Source: an uncultured Lentimicrobiaceae bacterium (GTDB taxonomy: Bacteria > Bacteroidota > Bacteroidia > Bacteroidales > F082). Taken from it: a DNA stretch of 64,000 nt. The position numbers and the translations under genes were made by a program. Below, piece after piece: positions 54,796-64,000 of this stretch (positions within the stretch are counted from its first letter, which is position 1; each line of letters begins with the position of its first letter). The notes below the pieces were generated by a model that saw only the letters and a program-made list of their open reading frames with translations, did no database searches and was not told where the DNA came from. The DNA is taken from contig CAZQBU010000004.1 of assembly GCA_964592175.1 (NCBI GenBank), positions 21,412-85,411 of the forward strand. The letters are read 5' to 3'.

Positions 54796-56268
54796 ATGGC
54801 AAAAGATTTTAGTTCACGCGAAGATAACTATTCTCAGTGGTATACCGACATAGTTACGAAGGCTGATTTAGCAGAAAACTCTGCAGTACGCGGCTGCATG
54901 GTCATAAAACCCTATGGTTATGCCATATGGGAAAAGATGCAAGCTGCTCTAGATAAGATGTTTAAGGATACAGGACACCAAAATGCATATTTCCCTCTTT
55001 TTATTCCGAAATCTTTTTTCAGTAAAGAGGCAAGCCATGTGGAAGGCTTCGCAAAAGAGTGTGCGGTAGTGACGCATTATCGTTTAAAGAACGATCCTGA
55101 TGGGCAAGGCATCGTAGTGGATGAGACTGCCAAGCTGGAAGAAGAGCTGATTGTGCGTCCTACGAGCGAAACAATTATCTGGGACACCTATAGAAATTGG
55201 ATTCAGTCGTATCGTGACCTTCCTTTATTAATTAATCAATGGGCAAATGTGGTGCGTTGGGAAATGCGTACGCGTTTATTTTTACGTACTGCCGAATTTT
55301 TATGGCAGGAAGGGCATACGGCACATGCTACGAAGGAAGAAGCTGTTGCTGAAGCAGAATTGATGCTGAAGGTGTATGCCACTTTTGCCGAGGAATGGAT
55401 GGCATTGCCTGTACTACAAGGTGTGAAGTCGATAAATGAACGCTTTGCCGGTGCAGAAGATACCTATTGTATTGAAGCATTGATGCAGGATGGAAAAGCA
55501 TTGCAAGCCGGTACTTCACATTTCCTTGGACAAAATTTTGCAAAAGCATTTGATGTGCAGTTTTTGAGCAAAGAAAATAAGCTGGAATATGTTTGGGCAA
55601 CTTCTTGGGGTGTTTCCACCCGATTGATGGGTGCATTAATTATGACTCATTCGGATGATAACGGCTTGGTGCTGCCACCAAAACTGGCTCCTATTCAAGT
55701 GGTTATTGTACCTATTTATCGTAATGACGAGCAATATGAAGCTGTTTGTGGTAAAGGAGAAGAACTTAAAAAGCAGCTTGAAGCAGTAGGAATTCGTGTG
55801 AAATTAGACGATCGCGATACCCAAAAGCCCGGTTTCAAATTTAATGAATGGGAGTTTAAAGGGGTACCTGTGCGTTTGGTAATTGGACCGCGTGACCTTG
55901 AAAATAATACGGTAGAAATGGCGCGCCGCGATACCATGGAAAAAGAAGTATTGCAAATGGAAGGCATTGAAACGAAGATACAGCATGTGCTTGACCGTAT
56001 TCAGTCCAATCTTTTCCAACGGGCATTGGATTTTCGTGAACAAAATACACATCAAGCAGATAGTTGGGAAGAATTTAACGAACTGATTGAAAAAGGTGGT
56101 TTCATTTTGGCACATTGGGACGGCACTGCCGAAACCGAACAGCTGATTAAAGATGAAACAAAAGCTACGATTCGATTAATACCTATTGACGGTAAAATGG
56201 AAGAAGGAAAATGTATTTATAGCGGAAAACCTTCAAAACAACGCGTAGTTTTTGCACGCGCATACTAA
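54796..56268 (+). CDS. proS: Proline--tRNA ligase (archaeal/eukaryote-like type, about 490 aa)
   Basis: I prefer the start [20 protein letters not shown] at 54796; the ORF-track extension to 54634 overlaps the divergent lipoprotein gene. Class II motifs are present (FRDEMRPR-like: [24 protein letters not shown]), as is the C-terminal zinc-type ProRS domain ending in Y. Confidence 0.95.
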   Translation: MAKDFSSREDNYSQWYTDIVTKADLAENSAVRGCMVIKPYGYAIWEKMQAALDKMFKDTGHQNAYFPLFIPKSFFSKEASHVEGFAKECAVVTHYRLKNDPDGQGIVVDETAKLEEELIVRPTSETIIWDTYRNWIQSYRDLPLLINQWANVVRWEMRTRLFLRTAEFLWQEGHTAHATKEEAVAEAELMLKVYATFAEEWMALPVLQGVKSINERFAGAEDTYCIEALMQDGKALQAGTSHFLGQNFAKAFDVQFLSKENKLEYVWATSWGVSTRLMGALIMTHSDDNGLVLPPKLAPIQVVIVPIYRNDEQYEAVCGKGEELKKQLEAVGIRVKLDDRDTQKPGFKFNEWEFKGVPVRLVIGPRDLENNTVEMARRDTMEKEVLQMEGIETKIQHVLDRIQSNLFQRALDFREQNTHQADSWEEFNELIEKGGFILAHWDGTAETEQLIKDETKATIRLIPIDGKMEEGKCIYSGKPSKQRVVFARAY

Positions 56269-56307
56269 ATTTTTATTGAAACTAAAGAAAGGTTGGGGAC
56301 GAATGAA

Positions 56308-57384
56308 TTAATTTCCTGCGGGGATTAGTTTTCCGGATCCATTTCCTTTTGGATCACCGAACTCGGGATTTCCGTAGTAATATACATTTCCGGCACCAAA
56401 AATACCTACAGTTAAGGACTCCTCTGCGCGGATATGACAGTCCCTGTTGGAGTAATTATCACATTCTGCCAGATTTGCATAAAAATCTCTTGTATCAATA
56501 AATCCAAAGCATTCCGTCATTTGGCTGAAAAATAGTTTTTCCCCCTTTCCTCGTAAGACTATTTCGGCCGAGCCGTAATGATATTTAATATAGGTTTGAT
56601 TGAATTCATTGGTCTCCAAATCGAGAAAAAGGTCTCCGGCGCCCTCTTTCACTTGTAGCATAAACCTTGAATAGTTGGGCCATGAGTCGATGGCTTCCTG
56701 TTTTGCTTTTCTTATTATGCTATTGATGCTGTCATTCATGGTTTCATCCGGTACAAAATCAGGGTCGTAGGTTGTTTTTGTATGTGTTGGACCATCATAT
56801 GTGAATGCAAAATAGTTTTTTGTTAAAGTGATGGGCTCAGGGCATGTAATATCTCCAATAGAGCGATATTCAATATGTTCAATCGGGTTTACATAATAAA
56901 CAACAGCTTTCACTTTCTTTTTTTGATAATCTGATAAAGCATGTTTGTTTCTTATACTCAAACGTTTATAATGTCCTTCGATGTTTTTGAATTCAAACTC
57001 CATCATCATATACACTTTTGCACTCGTATTTTTTTCACCTATTTTCCCTTCAAGATATACTGATTTTCCAATAACTTTTTTGAAATCATTGAAGCCGCCA
57101 TCACTAAAGTCTTCGATGTCTGTGTCGATTTTATCAATAAGATGTTTTCCTCCTGTTAACTCTATGCGAGCATTTTCACCCGGAGCAGCTTTGCGCAATT
57201 CAATATCTATATTATCATATAAGGCAATGGCGTTAAAATCATCTAAGTCCATGGTTTTTGTTGTTGTTTCACCATCAAAGCCAACCCAATTGCCATCTTT
57301 GTCGCAACTGCTAAAAAGCAGTCCGAGGCTGAATAAGCTGAGTATAAAAGCAGCAAATAAGCTATGTGCGCCGTGTTTTTTCAT
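56308..57384 (-). CDS. Hypothetical lipoprotein
   Basis: 358 aa with lipobox LLFSSCDKD. DDFNAIALYDNIDIELRKA faintly resembles DUF2807/GIN-type beta-helix proteins. 1-nt spacing from the upstream gene. Confidence 0.45.
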   Translation of the reverse strand: MKKHGAHSLFAAFILSLFSLGLLFSSCDKDGNWVGFDGETTTKTMDLDDFNAIALYDNIDIELRKAAPGENARIELTGGKHLIDKIDTDIEDFSDGGFNDFKKVIGKSVYLEGKIGEKNTSAKVYMMMEFEFKNIEGHYKRLSIRNKHALSDYQKKKVKAVVYYVNPIEHIEYRSIGDITCPEPITLTKNYFAFTYDGPTHTKTTYDPDFVPDETMNDSINSIIRKAKQEAIDSWPNYSRFMLQVKEGAGDLFLDLETNEFNQTYIKYHYGSAEIVLRGKGEKLFFSQMTECFGFIDTRDFYANLAECDNYSNRDCHIRAEESLTVGIFGAGNVYYYGNPEFGDPKGNGSGKLIPAGN

Positions 57385-57385
57385 C

Positions 57386-58660
57386 TTACCATTTGCCTTT
57401 TGCGTAGTTTCTACTTAAATAATACTTCACATCCCATTTGTAGCCTATTCCAAAGCCGATAAAATCTGCTCGTCCCCCATGTGCAGTAAGTGCAATGGAG
57501 CCAAATACATTGTCTGTGAAATGATACTTCATTCCTAATTTCTGATACACAATTCCTTTTGTTATCAACTTATTTTCAATAGGATCCGAATCTTCTATTG
57601 TTTTGATTTTCCTGCCTGCCAAATTATGATAACCCAAATGAAAAATAAAAGAAGTTTTTGACATCATCAGTTCATAGGCTAAACCGGCACCAAATTTTAT
57701 TAGATGGAAGTCGTTTTCATAAATCAACTCTTCGGTTCCTTGGCTTTTTTTATGGTCCAGCATCGCTTTGTCCGATCCATCAAAAGTCATTTCGAGTCCC
57801 AAACCAATTTTATATTTCAGGGCGAAAGGAAGCATGATATTGGCTGATGTATTGCTTACAAAATAACGTTCTCCAAGTTGTTGGCTCATATCGCGTGTAC
57901 CCACTGACTGCATGATTTCAACCGAAAACCACTTTTTATTGTCATATTCGAAAGGACGTAATATTGGCAGAAATTTTGCTTCCAAATATGGATTTGGGCG
58001 TGTGAGGTAAAAGTTTATTCCTGCAACGGCAGTCAGCATATTTAGCCCGTAATTGGGTGTTTTTGTGGAACCGTTGGAAAAATGTGTCAGTCCTGCTGCT
58101 GCTACGAATGTAAAGCGCGGGCTGATGTTTTTTCGATAATCAAAAAATAAGCTTGCTGCCGCATTCAAGTGACTGCCAATCGCAAAGTTTTTGGGATTAT
58201 TTTCAATATCAAACTTATTTGTAAGATATCCCAAACCTACTCCCAGCCTGAAGTTGATTCGGTTGTCCACATCCCGGTTAAGCGGAAAATTTATAAATGG
58301 ATAGACTGCATAAACCTCACCAATTTCCTCAAATCCTCCCATTCCTGAATAAAAAAATGAAAAACCGATGATGGGATAGGCATATAATGCTTCCCAGCGT
58401 TGGTTTCCGTAGGTGGAGCGCTGAAATGCAAGCTCAAAAGAAGGAAAAGTGGCATTGAAACGACGAAATTCGAGATGGTGGTGCAGGTAAAACCCGTAAT
58501 GCGTACGTACTTCGAGTTGGTAATTATTTTTTGGCAGTGGCGGACGGGCTTGTGCTCGTGTCACTTGCGGGAGGGCAATAAACATCAGCCCTAGGGCAGT
58601 AATGAATAACAGCCGACTGCAATAATTTTTAATATGTTTTAATTTGTTTGTGTACTTCAA
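57386..58660 (-). CDS. Outer-membrane beta-barrel, acyloxyacyl hydrolase / lipid A deacylase (PagL)-like
   Basis: 424 aa with a signal peptide. HYGFYLHHH...FELAFQRSTYGNQRWEALYAYPIIGFSF resembles the Bacteroidota PagL-like family pattern as I remember it. This is not a verified assignment. Confidence 0.45.
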   Translation of the reverse strand: MKYTNKLKHIKNYCSRLLFITALGLMFIALPQVTRAQARPPLPKNNYQLEVRTHYGFYLHHHLEFRRFNATFPSFELAFQRSTYGNQRWEALYAYPIIGFSFFYSGMGGFEEIGEVYAVYPFINFPLNRDVDNRINFRLGVGLGYLTNKFDIENNPKNFAIGSHLNAAASLFFDYRKNISPRFTFVAAAGLTHFSNGSTKTPNYGLNMLTAVAGINFYLTRPNPYLEAKFLPILRPFEYDNKKWFSVEIMQSVGTRDMSQQLGERYFVSNTSANIMLPFALKYKIGLGLEMTFDGSDKAMLDHKKSQGTEELIYENDFHLIKFGAGLAYELMMSKTSFIFHLGYHNLAGRKIKTIEDSDPIENKLITKGIVYQKLGMKYHFTDNVFGSIALTAHGGRADFIGFGIGYKWDVKYYLSRNYAKGKW

Positions 58661-58858
58661 TGGAATAATAAATTCAGTATGGCATTTGCCCCTTTAGCCC
58701 ATTCTTTGTGAAAAACGCTGCAAAAGTAACTAAAAGCATTTACATGATTTATGTTGCCATAAACGAAAAAGCTGTATTCATATTGTTTTTAGCTTTGATT
58801 ATTCTATAAACCGGCAGTGGATGGGCTGTAATAATTGGCTTAGCTAAGCTTAAAACCG

Positions 58859-58866
58859 TATTTTTG
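58859..58866 (+). promoter_or_regulatory. Possible Bacteroidota -7 promoter box (TATTTTTG)
   Basis: Matches TAnnTTTG, 18 nt upstream of the mazG ATG at 58884. Confidence 0.3.
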
Positions 58867-58883
58867 CAAACAAATTACAAGCT

Positions 58884-59657
58884 ATGCAAGAAAAACTTGA
58901 ATCCTTTGCCCGCCTGTTGACGATTATGGACGAGCTACGGGCAGGATGTCCTTGGGACAAAGACCAAACAATCGAAAGTTTACGTCATTTAACCATTGAA
59001 GAAACCTTTGAGCTGAGCGATGCCATCTTATCGAAGGATTTGATGCAGGTAAAGCAGGAGTTGGGCGATTTAATGCTGCATCTGGTGTTTTACTCTAAAA
59101 TAGCATCGGAGCAGGGTGCTTTTAGTATTAAAGAGGTGCTGGATGGAATTTCGGACAAGCTTGTGGTGCGTCATCCGCACATTTACGGCGAAGTTTCTGT
59201 TGATGATGCCAAAGGAGTAAAAGATAATTGGGAAAAGATAAAACTGGCTCAAGGCTCGCGCTCGGTTTTGGGCGGTGTCCCTAAGTCTTTGCCTGCTTTG
59301 CTAAAGGCATACCGCATGCAAGAAAAAGCTGGCGGTGTAGGCTTTGAATGGGAGAAACGAGATGAAGTTTGGGAAAAAATTGAAGAAGAGCTGAACGAGC
59401 TGCGTACCGAAGTTGATTCAGCAGCACCCAAAGAGCGTGTGGAAGAAGAATTTGGCGATTTACTCTTCGCCTTGGTGAATTACGCACGTTATATAGGAGT
59501 AAATCCGGAAGATGCACTCGAAAAGACCAATATCAAGTTTAAGTCACGCTTTGAATATATTGAAAAGCAAGCCGCCGAAAAGGGCAAAAAGCTACATGAA
59601 ATGGGCTTGAAGCAGATGGACGGCTTATGGAACGAAGCGAAAGAAAAAGGGATGTAA
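58884..59657 (+). CDS. mazG: Nucleoside triphosphate pyrophosphohydrolase MazG
   Basis: 257 aa. Tandem MazG domains with EETFELSDAI and EEFGDLLFALVN EExxE/D motifs, and a CPWDKDQT motif. Confidence 0.9.
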   Translation: MQEKLESFARLLTIMDELRAGCPWDKDQTIESLRHLTIEETFELSDAILSKDLMQVKQELGDLMLHLVFYSKIASEQGAFSIKEVLDGISDKLVVRHPHIYGEVSVDDAKGVKDNWEKIKLAQGSRSVLGGVPKSLPALLKAYRMQEKAGGVGFEWEKRDEVWEKIEEELNELRTEVDSAAPKERVEEEFGDLLFALVNYARYIGVNPEDALEKTNIKFKSRFEYIEKQAAEKGKKLHEMGLKQMDGLWNEAKEKGM

Positions 59658-59789
59658 CTACCTAAGATATTCGTTATCTTACTGTGTATCAATTCATATC
59701 TTTATTAAAATATTTTTAACCGCCTTTTGAAACCGATGTCAAAGGCATGTATGTTTTGTGTATTTTTGTTTGAGTAATGGCAATAGCAT

Positions 59790-61514
59790 ATGATTAATAT
59801 TTACCAACTGTTTCCACGTGTTTTTGGCAACAAAAGTTTCCAGATGCAGCTTGACGGCAGCATTGAAGCCAACGGTTGCGGGAAGTTTAACGATATCAAT
59901 GATGCGGCGCTTGCTTCCATTAAAGATATGGGCTTTACGCATATCTGGCTTACCGGAATCATACGACATGCTTCCCTGACGGATTATAGTGCCTACCGTA
60001 TTCCTCGGCAGCATCCTTCCTTGGTGAAGGGCAGGGCAGGCTCACCTTATGCCATTACCGATTATTATGATGTAGACCCCGACCTTGCTGAAAATATCCC
60101 ATTGCGCATGCAGGAGTTTGAACAGCTTGTGAAGCGTATTAAAGCGCATGGAATGAAGCTGTTAATCGACTTTGTGCCAAATCACTTGGCAAGGGAGTAC
60201 CAATCGGTGATGAAACCGGAAGCTGAGAATGACTTTGGTACACATGATATTAGTTGGCAAAGCTTTTCGCCTGACAACAATTTTTATTATCTGCCCGGAC
60301 AGTCCTTTTTTCCACCTTTGCGCGAAGAAGAAATGTATCATGGCGATAAACCTTATATCGAACAGCCTGCAAAAGTTACCGGAAACGATTGCTTTACGGC
60401 ATCGCCCGGCTTAAACGACTGGTTTGAAACCGTAAAATTAAATTATGGTGTCGATTACGGAGATATGCTGAGCCATCACTTTGAGCCGATACCGGATACC
60501 TGGTTGAAGATGCGCAGCATACTGAAATATTGGCTTGAAAAAGGAGTAGATGGCTTTCGTACCGATATGTCCGAGATGGTACCTACCGCTTTTTGGCAAT
60601 GGCTGATAAGCGATTTGCGGAAACAATTTCCCGAACTATTGATGATGGCAGAAATTTATCAGCCGGGCCTTTATCGCGACTTCATCAATGTCGGCTTTGA
60701 CCTGCTTTATGATAAGGTGGGCTTGTATAACAGCCTTGAAAATATATTACGCCACGGACATAATGCCGAAATCATTTCAAATTGTTGGCGTCAGACTGAA
60801 GGTATCAACCACCATATGTTGCGTTTCATGGAAAATCATGATGAAATGCGGTTGGCTTCCCAACATTTTATGGGCACTACACGTGCGGCATTGCCGGCTG
60901 TAGTGGTAAGTGCCTTGATGCATCCGGGCGGTTTTATGGTATATAACGGACAAGAGCTTGGTGAAAATGCGGAGGGAGCGGTAGGTTACAGCAAAGATGA
61001 CGGAAAGACTTCGATTTATGATTATTGCCGCATGCCCATGCATCAGCGATGGATGAATAATGGGCTTTTCGACGGAGGAGGGATGTTGTATGAGCAGCAG
61101 TTTTTACGAAAATATTATCGCAAACTCTTGCGAATGCGCCTTGAGTGGGAAGCTTTTAGCGAAGGAGAATTTTATGATTTGATGTGGGCGAATCCTTGGT
61201 TTTCTAATTTTGATCCTCAATTTGTGTATGCTTTTTTCCGTTATACACCGAAGCAACGCATCCTTGTCATTACCAACTTCAATCGCCTTGAGCGTCGTGA
61301 AGTATCGTTAAAAATACCGCTTCATGCCCAAAAACTTTCCGGCATGCTGTCGGAAGGAGCCGAGCAGTGGATTGCCGTGGAGCTGATGGAAGAAGAAGCG
61401 GAGCAATATACATTTTCTTTGGAGCAGCTGGCAACGGAAGGGATTCAATTGATGATTCCTGCCTCCGGCTCGAAAGTATTTCATCTTCAACCACATAACA
61501 ACAAAACAAGTTAA
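59790..61514 (+). CDS. Alpha-amylase-family glycoside hydrolase (GH13)
   Basis: 574 aa. DFVPNHLA (region I), VDGFRTDMSEMVP (region II, nucleophile Asp), MMAEIY (region III Glu) and FMENHDEMR (region IV). Confidence 0.85.
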   Translation: MINIYQLFPRVFGNKSFQMQLDGSIEANGCGKFNDINDAALASIKDMGFTHIWLTGIIRHASLTDYSAYRIPRQHPSLVKGRAGSPYAITDYYDVDPDLAENIPLRMQEFEQLVKRIKAHGMKLLIDFVPNHLAREYQSVMKPEAENDFGTHDISWQSFSPDNNFYYLPGQSFFPPLREEEMYHGDKPYIEQPAKVTGNDCFTASPGLNDWFETVKLNYGVDYGDMLSHHFEPIPDTWLKMRSILKYWLEKGVDGFRTDMSEMVPTAFWQWLISDLRKQFPELLMMAEIYQPGLYRDFINVGFDLLYDKVGLYNSLENILRHGHNAEIISNCWRQTEGINHHMLRFMENHDEMRLASQHFMGTTRAALPAVVVSALMHPGGFMVYNGQELGENAEGAVGYSKDDGKTSIYDYCRMPMHQRWMNNGLFDGGGMLYEQQFLRKYYRKLLRMRLEWEAFSEGEFYDLMWANPWFSNFDPQFVYAFFRYTPKQRILVITNFNRLERREVSLKIPLHAQKLSGMLSEGAEQWIAVELMEEEAEQYTFSLEQLATEGIQLMIPASGSKVFHLQPHNNKTS

Positions 61515-61520
61515 ATTCTT

Positions 61521-63545
61521 ATGCCTATGAAAGCAGATGTCATGCCTATCGTAAAAGCCGACCCTTGGCTGGAGCCGGTTGCAAAAGCGGTGGAGGAGCG
61601 TTACCAACGCTTCCTTAGTAGAAAGAAAAATATTGAATCTTTTTATGGCAGCTTGTATACCTTTGCTTCTGCCGATTTGCTGTTCGGTTTTAACTATGAT
61701 CCTATTCGAAAAGGCTGGTGGTACCGTGAATGGGCTCCTGCAGCGGCAGCACTTTTCCTGATGGGCGACTTCAACGGCTGGAATCGATACAGTCACCCTT
61801 TAACAAATAATGGAAGAGGCGTTTGGGAGTTGTTTTTACCGGATAAGACCTATAAAACCAAGCTGTTGCATCAAAGCTTGCTTAAGCTAATTGTGCAATC
61901 GAAGATGGGTGAAGAGGAAAAGATTCCCGTATACATCAAACGTGTGGTTCAGGATGAAAACAGCAAGGATTTTAGCGGGCAGCTATGGAATCCGGATGAG
62001 CCGTATCAGTTTCAATTTGCATCACCCCAGCTTGAAGCGGATACCCCTTTGTTGATTTATGAAACCCATGTGGGCATGGCACAGGAAGCAGCAGCAGTAG
62101 GGACTTATAATGAATTCAGAGAAATTACACTGCCTTATATTGCAGCTGCCGGATACAATGCCATACAAGTCATGGCCATAGCCGAACATCCGTATTATGG
62201 CTCTTTTGGCTATCATGTAGCTAATTTCTTTGCCCCCAGCTCACGATTTGGCACTCCCGAAGAGCTGAAGCAGCTGATAGATGAAGCCCATAAGCTTGGA
62301 ATTTTGGTTATCATGGATATTGTTCATTCGCATACGGTAAAAAACACCCGTGAAGGCGTGAATTTGTTCGACGGAACGGATTACCAATACACCCATGCCG
62401 GCGAGCGCGGGAATCATCCGCAATGGGGTTCCAAACTGTTTAACTATGGCAAAGATGAAGTGCTGCAGCTGCTGTTGTCAAATCTACGTTATTGGATGGA
62501 AGAATTTCGCTTTGACGGATTTCGCTTCGATGGAGTTACTTCAATGATGTATTTTCATCACGGCAATGATGTGGTCTTTGATACGCCTGAAAAATATTTT
62601 CTCGATGGGGTGGAATATGATGCAATTACCTATCTGCAACTGGCAAACACCTTAATCCACGAGATAAATCCCAAGGCAATCAGTATTGCGGAAGATGTGA
62701 GCGGCATGCCCGGATTGTGTCGTCCTATAACCGAAGGAGGAATTGGATTTGATTATCGCTTGGGAATGGGATTGCCGGACTTTTGGATAAACTATTTAAA
62801 AGATTTGCCGGATGACCGATGGAATATGGAAGAAATGTATCATGCAATGACAAATCGTTTGTTTGACATAAAAACGATTGCGTATGTGGAGTCGCATGAT
62901 CAGGCGATGGTAGGGGATAAGACCATTGCTTTCAGGCTGATGGACAAGGAGATGTATGATTTCATGAGTAAAGATAGTGAAAGCCTGATAGTAGATCGCG
63001 GCATTGCCCTGCATAAGATGATTCGATTCTTTAGCTTGGTGCTGGGAGGTGAAGGCTGGCTTAATTTTATGGGAAATGAATTTGGGCATCCGGAATGGAT
63101 TGACTTTCCGCGAGAGGGAAATGATTGGAGCTATCAGCATGCACGCCGACAATGGTCTTTGCTCAAAAAAGAGTATTTAAAATATCATTGGTTAGCCGAT
63201 TTTGATAAGGCAATGTTGGATTTCGTGAAAATGCATCATTTGTTGCTCGCCCTTCCGCCATGGAAACTGCTGTCCGATGAAGATGCCAAAACCATTGTCT
63301 TCGAACGCGGGAAGTTGATTTTTGTGTTTAACTGGCATCCTACGCAAACATTGCCTGATTATGAAATACCGCTGCGGGAATCCGGTGAATATATGCTTGT
63401 GTTTAGTTCGGATGATTCTAGTTTTGGAGGATATGCCCGATTGAATAAGGAAACCGTATATTACTCCTATCTAAAAGATTCACAGCCTGTTATGAAAATA
63501 TATAATATCAACAGGGCGGTGATGGTGTTTGCTAAGAAAGAATAA
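61521..63545 (+). CDS. glgB: 1,4-alpha-glucan branching enzyme (GH13, eukaryote-like subfamily with N-terminal CBM48)
   Basis: 674 aa. DIVHSH, FDGFRFDGVTSMMY, ISIAEDVSGMP and YVESHDQA conserved regions. Confidence 0.9.
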   Translation: MPMKADVMPIVKADPWLEPVAKAVEERYQRFLSRKKNIESFYGSLYTFASADLLFGFNYDPIRKGWWYREWAPAAAALFLMGDFNGWNRYSHPLTNNGRGVWELFLPDKTYKTKLLHQSLLKLIVQSKMGEEEKIPVYIKRVVQDENSKDFSGQLWNPDEPYQFQFASPQLEADTPLLIYETHVGMAQEAAAVGTYNEFREITLPYIAAAGYNAIQVMAIAEHPYYGSFGYHVANFFAPSSRFGTPEELKQLIDEAHKLGILVIMDIVHSHTVKNTREGVNLFDGTDYQYTHAGERGNHPQWGSKLFNYGKDEVLQLLLSNLRYWMEEFRFDGFRFDGVTSMMYFHHGNDVVFDTPEKYFLDGVEYDAITYLQLANTLIHEINPKAISIAEDVSGMPGLCRPITEGGIGFDYRLGMGLPDFWINYLKDLPDDRWNMEEMYHAMTNRLFDIKTIAYVESHDQAMVGDKTIAFRLMDKEMYDFMSKDSESLIVDRGIALHKMIRFFSLVLGGEGWLNFMGNEFGHPEWIDFPREGNDWSYQHARRQWSLLKKEYLKYHWLADFDKAMLDFVKMHHLLLALPPWKLLSDEDAKTIVFERGKLIFVFNWHPTQTLPDYEIPLRESGEYMLVFSSDDSSFGGYARLNKETVYYSYLKDSQPVMKIYNINRAVMVFAKKE

Positions 63546-63607
63546 TGAGCCATGTATAGATGATGTTCTGATACTCGACTGTATCCGGTTAAAGGACATG
63601 AACCTTG

Positions 63608-63639
63608 AAAAGCATATATCCTAAGCTTTATGCTTTTTT
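63608..63639 (+). terminator. Rho-independent terminator after glgB
   Basis: AAAAGCATA / TATGCTTTT stem with a 12-nt loop, followed by a T-run. Confidence 0.55.
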
Positions 63640-63729
63640 AGTCGATACACATCATCACGGTCATTCATAATGAGATAGACATTGTCCTTCTCGGAGAAAC
63701 TCTCCCGCATCGCAGAAACTTCACGATTT

Positions 63730-64000
63730 TTATTTATCCTCAACGATTAAATTCAAAATTCCTGCCAGAATCATAAATCCACCGCCCAGTATCAGCGTAT
63801 AAATAGCGTGCCCCTGGAAAAGATGCTTAGTAAGGCTGCCCAGAATGGTAGCAGCCAGTATTTGTGGCAGCACAATAAAAAAGTTAAAAATTCCCATGTA
63901 AGTACCCATTTTATTGGATGGAAGTGAACCGGTCAGCATCGCATAAGGCATCGATAAAATACTTGCCCAGGCCACTCCCACGCCAAACATGCTTACAATC
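63730..64000 (-). CDS. MFS sugar transporter (SLC45/GPH-like), C-terminal part; gene runs off the right window edge
   Basis: The reading frame stays open upstream of the ORF-track Met at 63990. The last two or three TM helices include GTYMGIFNFFIVLPQILAA, typical of sucrose/maltose-type MFS symporters. The glycogen/starch gene context fits. Confidence 0.65.
   Translation of the reverse strand, partial: IVSMFGVGVAWASILSMPYAMLTGSLPSNKMGTYMGIFNFFIVLPQILAATILGSLTKHLFQGHAIYTLILGGGFMILAGILNLIVEDK

Noticed and set aside
1-64000. Search by eye of all intergenic regions over 100 bp for tRNA, rRNA, tmRNA or riboswitch-like conserved cores
   Set aside because: I recognised no cloverleaf-compatible sequences or known riboswitch cores. 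This is a weak negative, because I could not run tRNAscan or Infernal.

Overview
This 64-kb window looks like a Bacteroidota chromosome segment: it has a SusC/SusD pair, many lipoproteins with a lipobox Cys, TAnnTTTG-type -7 promoter boxes and a sigma-54 regulator. Most of it is housekeeping. Recognisable genes are fbp, aspartate kinase, purD, rnhB, ettA, hisS, hutH, proS, mazG, a GH13 amylase and glgB, plus two envelope-polysaccharide gene sets. The first set holds a Wzy-like polymerase, two tandem Wzz-like proteins, a Wzx-like flippase and a GT4. The second holds an LptF/G-like permease and two GT4s.

Four things stand out:
1. 39.7-49.4 kb: a locus with no obvious pathway context. A five-gene minus-strand operon sits behind a good sigma-54 -24/-12 match and three perfect 16-nt direct repeats. 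It encodes a periplasmic-domain/TM/GcvH-like fusion, a soluble GcvH-like paralog, a sensor kinase with CXXCH and CX4CH motifs, an NtrC-type activator and an archaemetzincin. It diverges from a 1058-aa 2Fe-2S/GltD-like/4Fe-4S/molybdopterin-oxidoreductase-like protein whose cofactor motifs look degenerate. This is my best candidate for an undescribed system.
2. 13.1-18.7 kb: an AT-rich defence islet without mobility genes. It carries a translationally coupled ImmA/IrrE-type metalloprotease and DUF4411 PIN-like pair, plus a 1258-aa Type IIG restriction-modification fusion.
3. 49.6-51.5 kb: an AT-rich solitary NERD + SF1-helicase gene.
4. A MITE-like repeat family with CCTGC... terminal inverted repeats and apparent 4-bp target duplications. 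It has three longer copies and two collapsed TIR-only palindromes.

All family calls come from motif recognition by eye. No HMM or BLAST search was run. I saw no rRNA, tRNA or CRISPR array.
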